Assembly: GCA_041666645.1 (NCBI GenBank)
Contig: JBAYGN010000001.1
Span: 110,276 to 174,275, forward strand
DNA length: 64,000 nucleotides
Origin: Minisyncoccota bacterium
GTDB lineage: Bacteria; Patescibacteriota; Minisyncoccia; Phycocordibacterales; UBA5272
Direction of reading: 5' to 3'
Of the stretch, positions 47,587-56,573 are shown in pieces. The translations under genes were made by a program, and so were the position numbers. The first letter of the stretch is position 1. Every line of letters begins with the position of its first letter. Below the pieces are notes generated by a model, which saw only the letters and a list, made by a program, of their open reading frames with translations, did no database searches and was not told the origin of the DNA.

Positions 47587-49329
47587 TTATTCGTCATTCT
47601 TAGGTGGTAAAACAAAATTAATTGAATCAACAATATACGGTAAATTATCAGTGATTTCTGTTTTTATAATTTTTACTTTTTTATCTTTTAAATCAATTAA
47701 CTCAGAAATTTTTTGTGCAACTTCTTGAGCAAGAACGGCTTTCTTTTTCTTCATTCTTGAATACAAGAAGCTTACAGGCATTTCATTTGTAAGCAGTGCT
47801 TTCTTTCGCAATATTTTTGAATTATAAGCATCAAGATATAATTGTTTAAGTTCTTTTGTTTTACTTAAGATTAAGGTTTCAAAGGTAGTGCCTTGGTCTT
47901 TTGATATCTGTAACGCAGAATTTAATTGCTCGCCAACAAAACAACCAATATTATTATTTGTATCAATTATTAAGCTCTTATATTTTTCCATCGATGAACT
48001 ATTCCTCTTGTCGGCATCCGTCATAACAGCAATAGGAATTTTGTTGTAAGGTGCGGTTACACGTTTAAAAATATTTACAAAATGTTCAAACCCAAGACCA
48101 TTGGTTGAGACAACAGATAATCCATAATCAGTAAGATCATAACCTAAAACTTTCGCAAACTCAGGTAATAATAATTGTTCTGTCGTACCCTCAACTAAAA
48201 TTACACCTTGTGCAAAAAATAAGTTTGCTTTAGTTGCACTTAAAAATCTTCCTAAATAAGAGTAGTTATCATCAGTTAATTTAGTAGACCCTTTGGAAAG
48301 GGAGTAGAAATCTGCATTATTAATAGTACAAAGCCGTTCAATATCTACGACAGAAGCAAGATTAGGGCTATGGGTAGTTAATATCATTTGAATACCCTTT
48401 TTTGATTCATCTTGTAGAGCACGGATAATTTTGAGTTGTCTCTGTGGATGTAGATGGGCTTCAATCTCTTCCACTAAAAGCATATTAGGATTTTTATGTG
48501 TATTTAAGTGCAACAGTTCTGCCGCAATAAAAATCATATTAAGAGTACCCAATCCTGGCTTATTCAAATTCTCATAATACAAAGAGATTCTCTCTAATGC
48601 TTTTAAGTGATCAATTTTTTCCGTTGGTCCAAAATTTATATCTTTTTTACTGTAATGTGATTGTTCGTCAAATAAATCAAGAAGTCTCTTAACCTCTTCA
48701 GCAATTTCTCCTCCGTTGCCACCAGATGAAAAGAAGTTTTTTGATGAGCGTTCAAAATCTTCCAAGAAACTCTTAAGTTCAAATTCATTATTTTTTATGT
48801 CCTTATGCTCTTTCAATATTTTAGAAATTCTAGATCCTTGTTTTGCTCGTAATTCATTTTCTGCATCTCTTAGCGGTCTTAAATAAACAACTTTAAAATT
48901 TTCACGACAGTGTGGGTCCATGTCTATCGCAACATCCTTTGTTGGTCCAACTTTAAACGATGGGAATTTAATACCTTTCTCATCAGCTTTTGCTGTATAC
49001 CAAATTTTCAACTCAGGAACATCACCTTCACCAAAAGATAAGTATTCTGCAAAGAGACTTGTATCCTCTACAATATCTTCTTCTGAAACACAATCATCGA
49101 AAGCAAAAACAAGGTCAATATTTATTTCTTTTGTAGTGTCTTTGAAATCATCAATTTGTAATTTTACATAGTCATCAACAACTTGTTTCAATACTAATCT
49201 TAAAGCATCTATGAGAGCTGTTTTCCCAGAATCGTTAGCACCAACAATAAGATTAAGCCCACAATTAAAAGTACACACTGCGTCATCAATCTTTCTAAAG
49301 TTTTTAATATGAGCATTTTTGAGATACAT
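47587..49329 (-). CDS. OLD-family ATP-dependent endonuclease, ABC-type ATPase plus TOPRIM (GajA-like)
   Basis: 580 aa. Walker A VGANDSGKTALIDAL, LLVEEIEAHLHPQ, and TOPRIM motifs VILVEGTTEQLLLPEF...VMTDADK. A TATAAT box lies 6 nt upstream of the ATG (49336-49341). Confidence 0.85.
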   Translation of the reverse strand: MYLKNAHIKNFRKIDDAVCTFNCGLNLIVGANDSGKTALIDALRLVLKQVVDDYVKLQIDDFKDTTKEINIDLVFAFDDCVSEEDIVEDTSLFAEYLSFGEGDVPELKIWYTAKADEKGIKFPSFKVGPTKDVAIDMDPHCRENFKVVYLRPLRDAENELRAKQGSRISKILKEHKDIKNNEFELKSFLEDFERSSKNFFSSGGNGGEIAEEVKRLLDLFDEQSHYSKKDINFGPTEKIDHLKALERISLYYENLNKPGLGTLNMIFIAAELLHLNTHKNPNMLLVEEIEAHLHPQRQLKIIRALQDESKKGIQMILTTHSPNLASVVDIERLCTINNADFYSLSKGSTKLTDDNYSYLGRFLSATKANLFFAQGVILVEGTTEQLLLPEFAKVLGYDLTDYGLSVVSTNGLGFEHFVNIFKRVTAPYNKIPIAVMTDADKRNSSSMEKYKSLIIDTNNNIGCFVGEQLNSALQISKDQGTTFETLILSKTKELKQLYLDAYNSKILRKKALLTNEMPVSFLYSRMKKKKAVLAQEVAQKISELIDLKDKKVKIIKTEITDNLPYIVDSINFVLPPKNDE

Positions 49330-49450
49330 AAGACAATTATAACATTTTTGACTTGATTTTTATATATTATGTTGTATTTAAAATTTTGTTATAAATAAAG
49401 CTATGTTAAACTCAAAATAGTACATTCATAAATCACAATCTTGCTTTTTA

Positions 49451-49650
49451 CTGGTCCCACACGGAGGGGCTGTCTGCGGTTTTACCGATGTAAGTTAAAA
49501 GCCACGGGACGTTTATTACCAGCACGAAAGTGTGTTAAGGTACGATCTTTTTTAACGGAAGCAATAATCACAACCATTATAGGTTGTTGTTATTGCGTCT
49601 GTAAAATTCATAAACGCAAAAAACACCAACCTAACAGGTTGGTGTTTTTT
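49451..49650 (+). ncRNA. Candidate structured RNA or leader between the divergent island operons
   Basis: A GC-rich core closed by CTGGT/ACCAG and GTCCC/GGGAC (49451-49522). Then a 15-bp hairpin GCAATAATCACAACC/GGTTGTTGTTATTGC. Then the terminator AAAAAACACCAACC taac GGTTGGTGTTTTTT, which ends 40 nt before the ParB-methylase ATG. Confidence 0.35.
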
Positions 49651-49690
49651 GCTTGTATAAATTAATAATAATTAACAAAAAAATAAACTT

Positions 49691-50965
49691 ATGCAAAAAC
49701 CCAATTGGCGAGCAGAAAAAAGACTACTGAAAGATCTCAAAACATGGCTTGCAAATCCACGCAAAATTACAAAAGATAATTTTGCAAAATTAATAAAAAG
49801 AATAACAGAACGTGGTTTCCATGATGTTATCAAAATTGATACTGATGGGACTGTACTCTCAGGAAATCAAAGGAGAAAAGCATTAATAGAGCTAGGTATA
49901 AAAGAAGTTATTGTTTTAATTCCCGACCGCAAACTCACAGAAGATGAACGTAACAAAATCGCACTCGAAAGTAATATTAATGATGGTGAGTGGGATTTCG
50001 AAGCTTTGAAGTTATTTGAACTAGATACACTTTCGGAAGTTGGTTTTAATGAAATAGATGTTAAAAACATTTGGGGTGAAAATCTAGAAGCTAAAAATGA
50101 CGAATTCAATGAAACTGAAGAACTTAAAAAAATTAAGAACCCTAAAACTAAGAAAGGAGATCTCATAATTTTCGGTAAACATAAGTTACTATGTGCCAGT
50201 TCAACAGATAGTAACGCAGTGAAGGCATTGTTTGGAAATGATAAAGCATCTGTTATCTATAGCGACCCACCTTTTAACATTGGGCTCGACTATAACAAAG
50301 GAGTAGGTTTAAAAGCCAACTATGGTGGTAATGTCGATGATAGTAAGTCAGCAGAAGATTATAAAGAATTTATAAGAAAGACATTAGTAAACGCTCTAGC
50401 AGTATCTTATAAAGATGTTCACTGCTTCTATTGGTGTGATGAGGCTTGGGTGTGGGTATTTCAGACTCTGTACAACGAACTTGGTATTAAAAATAGAAGG
50501 CTTAACATTTGGTTAAAAAATAATTCATCACCTTGTCCTAATGTAGCTTTCAATAAAGCAATTGAAGTGTGTTGCTATGGAACTTTAGGAAGTCCACATA
50601 TTTCTAACTCGTTAAAAAATCTCAATGAGATTATGAACAAGGAGTTAACAACTGGCAATGAATTATTTGATGATGTGACAAATGTACTTGCCGTTAAACG
50701 ACTTCCATCTAATCAATATGAGCATCCGACAAGTAAGCCACCAAGTCTTCATGAAAAACCAATCAAGCGTTGTAGTCAGGTTGGAGATATAATTTTTGAC
50801 TCTTTCTCTGGGTCTTCTAGCACAATGATCTGTGCAGAACAATTAAGCAGAAGGGTGTACTCACTAGAGATTTCGGAAGTCTTTTGTGATTTAGCTATCC
50901 GTCGTTGGGAGAAGTTAACAGGTAAGAAAGTAAAGGTAATTAAAAACTTCTATGAAGAAAACTAA
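49691..50965 (+). CDS. ParB-like nuclease domain fused to an N6-adenine/N4-cytosine DNA methyltransferase
   Basis: 424 aa. N-terminal ParB-type motif VLSGNQRRKAL. SDPPFNIG (motif IV) precedes FDSFSGSSST (motif I), which is a beta-class motif order. Confidence 0.8.
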   Translation: MQKPNWRAEKRLLKDLKTWLANPRKITKDNFAKLIKRITERGFHDVIKIDTDGTVLSGNQRRKALIELGIKEVIVLIPDRKLTEDERNKIALESNINDGEWDFEALKLFELDTLSEVGFNEIDVKNIWGENLEAKNDEFNETEELKKIKNPKTKKGDLIIFGKHKLLCASSTDSNAVKALFGNDKASVIYSDPPFNIGLDYNKGVGLKANYGGNVDDSKSAEDYKEFIRKTLVNALAVSYKDVHCFYWCDEAWVWVFQTLYNELGIKNRRLNIWLKNNSSPCPNVAFNKAIEVCCYGTLGSPHISNSLKNLNEIMNKELTTGNELFDDVTNVLAVKRLPSNQYEHPTSKPPSLHEKPIKRCSQVGDIIFDSFSGSSSTMICAEQLSRRVYSLEISEVFCDLAIRRWEKLTGKKVKVIKNFYEEN

Positions 50966-51353
50966 ACTCCAAAACCAATTCTTTATTGAATTGGAAAAAG
51001 TCCCCATCATTCAAGTTGCTTGTGAAAAAACTGGTATATCTCGTAATAGCGTATACCGTTGGCGTAAGGAAGACAAAGTATTCTGTAAGAATATGGATGA
51101 GTCAATTTCAAATGGTGTTGCACTCGTAAATGATATGAGCGAATCACAGTTACTTAGCCTTATTAAAGAAAAGAACTATTCGGCTATTTCTTTTTGGCTT
51201 CGACATAGAAATGACAATTACAAAGACAGAATAGAAGTAACTACTAAAGAAGAAAAAGGAGAACTTACGAAAGATCAACAAAAAGTTATAAAGCATGCTC
51301 TTAAGCTTGCTTCTCTCACAAAGCAGAAGTCTATTAAAAATATCAACAGATAA
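50952..51353 (+). CDS. Putative terminase small subunit / HTH DNA-binding protein
   Basis: 133 aa. VACEKTGISRNSVYRWRKED is an HTH. It lies directly upstream of the large terminase and overlaps the methylase gene by 14 nt. Confidence 0.55.
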   Translation: MKKTKLQNQFFIELEKVPIIQVACEKTGISRNSVYRWRKEDKVFCKNMDESISNGVALVNDMSESQLLSLIKEKNYSAISFWLRHRNDNYKDRIEVTTKEEKGELTKDQQKVIKHALKLASLTKQKSIKNINR

Positions 51354-51358
51354 GTTAT

Positions 51359-52807
51359 ATGAAAAACAAACATATCTTTGATGTTTTAAGTAGAAATATC
51401 ATCAACAAAATGATGAAAGATAAAGCTGTTAGGGTTGCAATTACTACAGAAAGCTTTTTGTATTTCTTTCACTTTTACTATGCACATTATGTGGGATACA
51501 AGACAGCAGATTTTCAGAAAGAAATTTTTCATTTACTTGAAAAGAGTAATACTGAAAATCTTTACATTGTTGCCTTTCGTGGGTCAGGTAAATCAACTCT
51601 TGTTACTACTGCTTACCCTATATGGGCAATATTAGGTAAACAAAAAAAGAAATTCTGTGTTATCTTTTGCCAAACAAGAAATCAAGCTAAGCAACACATG
51701 ATGAACATTAAAAAAGAGCTCGAAAATGATAATCTTCTTAAAAGTGATCTCGGTCCTTTCCAAGAAGAATCAGATGAGTGGGGGTCGTATTCTTTAGTGT
51801 TTAAAAAACATGGGGCAAGAATTACTGTTGCTTCAACTGAGCAAAGTATCCGTGGTATTCGTCACAATGAACACAGGCCAGACTTAATTATTTGTGACGA
51901 TGTGGAAGATGTTCAATCTGCTAAAACACGAGACGGTCGTGATAAAACATATAACTGGCTTAGAGGTGAGGTTATTCCTTGTGGTGATATAAATACTCGC
52001 TTAATTATTATAGGCAACTTACTTCATGAAGATTCGTTACTGATGAGAATTCAAGATGAGGTGAATAATAATAAAACAAGAGGAGTGTTTAAGAAGTATC
52101 CACTATTAAACGATAATGGTGAATGCTTGTGGACTGGTAAATATCCCGATGAAGAAGCAATCGAGGATGAAAGACTAAAAGTTGCAAGTGAAGTTTCTTG
52201 GTATAGAGAGTATTTACTTAAGATAATCTCTACCGACGGACAAATCGTAAATCCTGAATGGATACAATTTTATGATAAATTTCCAGCAACTGGTCTACAT
52301 AGTATTTGTATAGGTATTGATCTTGCGGTAAGCGAAAGAGATTCCGCAGACTGTACAGCCATGTTAGTTGGGTATGTATATGGAACAGGTAAAAATATGA
52401 AAGTTTATCTAAAAGAGAATCCAATTAATGAAAGAATCTCATTTCCTGTACAAGCAGAATATGTAAAAGCATTAGTAGCTACTGAGAAATTAATACATCA
52501 TAGAGTTAAACTGTTTGTGGAAGATGTTGGATATCAAAAAGCATTTATACAACTCTTTGAAAGTAAGAACTACAATATAGAGGGTGTTCCAACAGGAAGA
52601 AACGATAAAGCTACACGATTAAGAATGACTACTCCTTTTATTAAAGAAGGAAGAGTCCTTTTTCCTAAAAATGGCTGTGAGGAATTGATTCAACAATTAC
52701 TAGGATTTGGAAAAGAAAAACATGACGATCTTGCGGATTCTTTTTCAATCTTAGTATTAAAAGTAATTGAAACTAATCCTAGTGGTGGAGGAATATTATT
52801 TGGGTAA
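51359..52807 (+). CDS. Phage terminase large subunit
   Basis: 482 aa. Walker A FRGSGKSTL and Walker B LIICDDVED. The C-terminal RNase-H-like nuclease has acidic residues at GIDLAVSERDSAD and HDDLADSF. Confidence 0.8.
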   Translation: MKNKHIFDVLSRNIINKMMKDKAVRVAITTESFLYFFHFYYAHYVGYKTADFQKEIFHLLEKSNTENLYIVAFRGSGKSTLVTTAYPIWAILGKQKKKFCVIFCQTRNQAKQHMMNIKKELENDNLLKSDLGPFQEESDEWGSYSLVFKKHGARITVASTEQSIRGIRHNEHRPDLIICDDVEDVQSAKTRDGRDKTYNWLRGEVIPCGDINTRLIIIGNLLHEDSLLMRIQDEVNNNKTRGVFKKYPLLNDNGECLWTGKYPDEEAIEDERLKVASEVSWYREYLLKIISTDGQIVNPEWIQFYDKFPATGLHSICIGIDLAVSERDSADCTAMLVGYVYGTGKNMKVYLKENPINERISFPVQAEYVKALVATEKLIHHRVKLFVEDVGYQKAFIQLFESKNYNIEGVPTGRNDKATRLRMTTPFIKEGRVLFPKNGCEELIQQLLGFGKEKHDDLADSFSILVLKVIETNPSGGGILFG

Positions 52808-53551
52808 CCTTCCTCCACTGTTTAAACAATCATTTATTGAAGCAAAAGAAGTATATTTAAGAGTTGCGTTATAATACCTTGTCCCTTTAGCATGACAGAT
52901 TCCTGTACTACTCTTTTTAACTTCAGTATTGCTAGTACTAACTGTTGTATTGACTATGCTGTTTTCTTTTGGAGCAAGTATGACACTTGTTACCACAGTA
53001 GTAGCAACAGGAACAACATTTGAAGTTGTAGTTTTTGGTTGTACGACTGTTTTAGTGGTAACACCCAATACTTCTATTTGATAGTAAGATAGCCAATCAG
53101 ATGATATTTGTCTTTGTGCTTCTACAATATCCATCTTTCCACCACACACTTGTTTATGTAGATAGTTTTCAAACTTATCCTTTATACGAGCATTATCTTT
53201 GATTGTGTAAGATTCAGGATAAAGATTAGATATGTCATTACTTCCACCAAGCTCTAAACTAATGATATGGTCTACTTCGTAGTTACTTCTTTGAGAGTAA
53301 GGAATACCGTATTCTTTAAATACTTTCTTCTTAGTTGTTTCAGTTACATTTCTAACAGTTTTTGTATAACCTGTTTTACAGATTACTTTTATATCTGTTG
53401 TTAATACTGCCCCAGGAGAACAAGCAGAATCTGGCAGTGTTTGATTACCTACACAGTTACTCGTTTTAGTTTGAATCCCATAAGTAGCAAAAACTACATT
53501 ACTTGAAATTAGAGCTAACGAAACGAAGAATATAGATATCTTTTTGTTCAT
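52796..53551 (-). CDS. Secreted HNH-motif nuclease-like protein
   Basis: 251 aa. Signal-peptide-like N-terminus and YEVDHIISLELGGSNDISNLYPE (an HNH-type motif). Confidence 0.6.
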   Translation of the reverse strand: MNKKISIFFVSLALISSNVVFATYGIQTKTSNCVGNQTLPDSACSPGAVLTTDIKVICKTGYTKTVRNVTETTKKKVFKEYGIPYSQRSNYEVDHIISLELGGSNDISNLYPESYTIKDNARIKDKFENYLHKQVCGGKMDIVEAQRQISSDWLSYYQIEVLGVTTKTVVQPKTTTSNVVPVATTVVTSVILAPKENSIVNTTVSTSNTEVKKSSTGICHAKGTRYYNATLKYTSFASINDCLNSGGRLPK

Positions 53552-53563
53552 AGTATTTACATA

Positions 53564-54040
53564 CTACCTTATAACCATCTCGTTTGGAACCCAACCTGCT
53601 TGTCCTATATATTTACCTTCATTGATTCTAACTTCACTAGAAAAATAACTAGCATCAATCACTTTAACTGCTGTACTTTTATCTACCAATAAAATCTTTC
53701 CATCTAATGACATTTGAGCAAGTCCAGTTGTATCATTAGCTGCAACAAGCTTCATCATTTCATCGTAGTAACTTTTATTTATAGCAACTAAAACTGGATT
53801 ATTACCTGAAATAGTTAAGTGAGCATTCTCTCCAATTTTTACAGATTCAACTACAGGCTGTGATGTGCTTGAACCATCTGAAAATGATGACCGTATAATA
53901 CCTATTACAAAAAGAATTAAGATACTCTGATAGATTCTTTTCTTGATTACTGATGGTTGTTTTTTACCACAATGTTTACATACTGTGGCATCGTTTAAAA
54001 TTTCTTCTTTACAGAAGTTACACTTTTTATTTGTATTCAT
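53564..54040 (-). CDS. Zinc-ribbon membrane protein, hypothetical
   Basis: 158 aa. CNFCKEE...CKHCGKK zinc ribbon followed by one TM. Confidence 0.5.
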   Translation of the reverse strand: MNTNKKCNFCKEEILNDATVCKHCGKKQPSVIKKRIYQSILILFVIGIIRSSFSDGSSTSQPVVESVKIGENAHLTISGNNPVLVAINKSYYDEMMKLVAANDTTGLAQMSLDGKILLVDKSTAVKVIDASYFSSEVRINEGKYIGQAGWVPNEMVIR

Positions 54041-54046
54041 AAATTA

Positions 54047-54190
54047 TCTGATAGGACTTAATAATCTCTCGTGGAAAGCAAAAATCCCACCACGTGAGTA
54101 AGGTCTTGCGACCTTCATATCTGTTTCCAGATATGGCCTATCAGAGCAAAGCCCACATGATGGGGTTTTTACTCTGATAGGACTTTTTTC
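54047..54190 (+). promoter_or_regulatory. Candidate structured leader or small RNA with mutually exclusive helices upstream of the recombinase gene
   Basis: CTGATAGG (54048-54055) can pair with CCTATCAG (54137-54144), enclosing three hairpins. Alternatively CCTATCAGAG pairs with CTCTGATAGG (54172-54181), which is followed by TTTTTT. A possible promoter TTACAC-16 nt-TAAATT lies just upstream. Confidence 0.4.
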
Positions 54191-54342
54191 ACCATATCAA
54201 TATTGCTATTGGGTTAGGTTACTATTGAATTGTTCCTCTTAATACTCTTTGTATTAATCTATTGATTATATCGCAAATAATTGCTTTTGCTAAGGCATTT
54301 TTATCAACAAATAAATCTCTCACAATGTCGCCTTTTTTAATT

Positions 54343-54359
54343 CTGCATAGACTATGCAG
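54343..54359. promoter_or_regulatory. Perfect 8+8 palindrome upstream of the recombinase gene (possible operator)
   Basis: CTGCATAG a CTATGCAG, about 20 nt upstream of the TATAAT that abuts the annotated ATG. Confidence 0.35.
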
Positions 54360-54386
54360 GGATTATGGTTCTGTCATTAATATAAT

Positions 54387-55712
54387 ATGGAACAACAAGA
54401 AACATTTGGACTTATGGGCAATATGGTAGCTCTACCAGTTCAAAAAATGAAATACGTTTTGTATAGTAGAAAAAGTACTGAATCAGAAGAAAGACAAATT
54501 CTTTCAATTGATTCTCAAATTAAAGAAATGCTTAGATTAGCAGAAAGAGAAGGATTAGAAATAGTGGATATCAGACGAGAATCTCATTCAGCTAAAGATT
54601 CAGGACAACGACCAGTTTTTAAAGAAATATTAGAAGATATAAAAAGAGGAAGATTTAATGGAATACTTGCATGGGACGCTTCAAGAATTAGTAGAAATGC
54701 TGGTGACTTAGGTTCAATAGTAGATCTTATGGATCAACAGTTGCTTTTTCAAATACGAACATATGGGCAAACATTTTCTAACTCTCCAAATGAAAAGTTT
54801 TTGCTAATGATTTTATGTTCTCAAGCAAAACTAGAGAACGATAATAAAAGTGTAAATGTGAAGCGTGGACTAAGAACTAGAGTTGAGATGGGATTATGGC
54901 CATGCCCTGCCCCTACTGGATATTTGAAAGAAAATAGAATGGATAGAAAATGTCAGACATATATTGATCCAGATAGAGGTCATATCATTAAAGAAATGTT
55001 TGAGAAGATTGCTTATAATAAATGGAGTTGTTTAAAAGTCTACCATTGGCTTAAATTTGATCTTAATTTTAGAACTTCATACGGAAAGAAACATCTTAGT
55101 TTAGGGAACATTAACTTACTTTTAAAGAACACCTTTTACTATGGAGAATTTGAGTATCCAAGAAAAAGTGGTAACTGGTATAAAGGAAGTCATAAACCAC
55201 TCATTACCAAAGAACTATACGATCAAGTACAAGCTCAACTGACAAGACAAATTACAAGAACAGAATTCAATAACAGAGAATTCGCTTTCACCAAACTAAT
55301 GACTTGTGGGCTTTGCGGTTCTGGTATTACAGCTGATGAAAAGATAAAGAAACAACAGAATGGTAATATTCATCGATATGTCTATTATGCGTGTACTAAA
55401 GCAAAAGATAAAAACTGTAAATGTGGCTATACCAATGAAGACGAACTCATAAAACAGTTTCAAGAACTATTGGATAAAATTGACCTAGACGAGATAGGCA
55501 TGAAAGAAAAGATACGAACTGAGGTTGAAAGGATTAAGAGCTTCCAAAGAAGCGTTTTAGGGGATACAAAGCAAATTAAGGTTAAGGATGTAGATATTCG
55601 TAACTATGCTAAGTACATCCTAAAAGAAGGAACTGACCTAGAAAAAAGAGAACTATTAGGATGTTTTAAAAGTAAGATTTTATTAAAAAATAAAATGATA
55701 TCTATTACTTAG
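54387..55712 (+). CDS. Large serine recombinase
   Basis: 441 aa. N-terminal resolvase motif YSRKSTESEE with the catalytic Ser, then a recombinase domain, then the zinc ribbon CGLCGSG...YYACTK...C.C. The true start may be a later in-frame ATG. Confidence 0.85.
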   Translation: MEQQETFGLMGNMVALPVQKMKYVLYSRKSTESEERQILSIDSQIKEMLRLAEREGLEIVDIRRESHSAKDSGQRPVFKEILEDIKRGRFNGILAWDASRISRNAGDLGSIVDLMDQQLLFQIRTYGQTFSNSPNEKFLLMILCSQAKLENDNKSVNVKRGLRTRVEMGLWPCPAPTGYLKENRMDRKCQTYIDPDRGHIIKEMFEKIAYNKWSCLKVYHWLKFDLNFRTSYGKKHLSLGNINLLLKNTFYYGEFEYPRKSGNWYKGSHKPLITKELYDQVQAQLTRQITRTEFNNREFAFTKLMTCGLCGSGITADEKIKKQQNGNIHRYVYYACTKAKDKNCKCGYTNEDELIKQFQELLDKIDLDEIGMKEKIRTEVERIKSFQRSVLGDTKQIKVKDVDIRNYAKYILKEGTDLEKRELLGCFKSKILLKNKMISIT

Positions 55713-56472
55713 TCTTTGGTTTCTTTTCGCTTATAAACTCACTTATTTTATTTGGTCTATCTCTAAGAAGCCATCTTCGTATGACAGTATTCATATAAGA
55801 GTTCTTTAAACGAAAAGCTCTTATCTCTGCAGGTGTATCACTGAAAGGTTGTTTAGTTTTTGATTTTCTGTCACTTGGGTCTTTAAAAGTTCCTCCATGT
55901 TTAGGGCATAATGTAAGATTTGTGTGTTGGTGTTGATGTATATGATGAGCTTCTCCTTTTTTAATATAATCAAGAATCATTTTGTAATCATCGTTAATTT
56001 CATTAATTACCGTGCTATCCATTTCCCAAAGAAAAACATATTTAATTAAATACTCGGAACGGAGTTTATTTTTGTCATGTATATACCACACGAAAAGAAC
56101 TTTTTTGTTCTTCTTATACAAAGACGACTCTGTTACATTTCCTTTTTTATACTCCTCGCTGTAGTTAATAATATTTAAAGACAAAGGTTCTTTAACCCTA
56201 AGCTTTCCATCTTTACCAAGAGATAAAGGGCTTGTTTTTAATTCAACCCCAAGATGAGGAATATCTGGACCTGCAGTATTGTTTTTACCAATCCCAAAAT
56301 ATCCTTCTTCAATAACATATCCAACTCCAGCTTTCGTGCTGACGCGGGTACTAGAATCACTCGCTGTAATAGAAGCCATTATTTGCTGTAAGGTTTTACC
56401 TTCAAGATCATGTTGTGCAATTTTTTCTAAATCTTGAGAAGTCTTTATTTCAGCTAAATTAAGAATTGACAT
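55705..56472 (-). CDS. MutH/Sau3AI-family type II restriction endonuclease
   Basis: 255 aa. GPDIPHLGVELKTSPL matches the D...E-x-K core of MutH-like nucleases. It is divergently paired with a C5 methyltransferase. Confidence 0.7.
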   Translation of the reverse strand: MSILNLAEIKTSQDLEKIAQHDLEGKTLQQIMASITASDSSTRVSTKAGVGYVIEEGYFGIGKNNTAGPDIPHLGVELKTSPLSLGKDGKLRVKEPLSLNIINYSEEYKKGNVTESSLYKKNKKVLFVWYIHDKNKLRSEYLIKYVFLWEMDSTVINEINDDYKMILDYIKKGEAHHIHQHQHTNLTLCPKHGGTFKDPSDRKSKTKQPFSDTPAEIRAFRLKNSYMNTVIRRWLLRDRPNKISEFISEKKPKTK

Positions 56473-56573
56473 GTAATCGCATTATAGAACAAAAACTTGA
56501 TCTTCTCCACCTTTTGTGTTTTAATACTTAAAGCTTGATCGAAACAATCCAATGTGATAGAATTATCTTTGAT

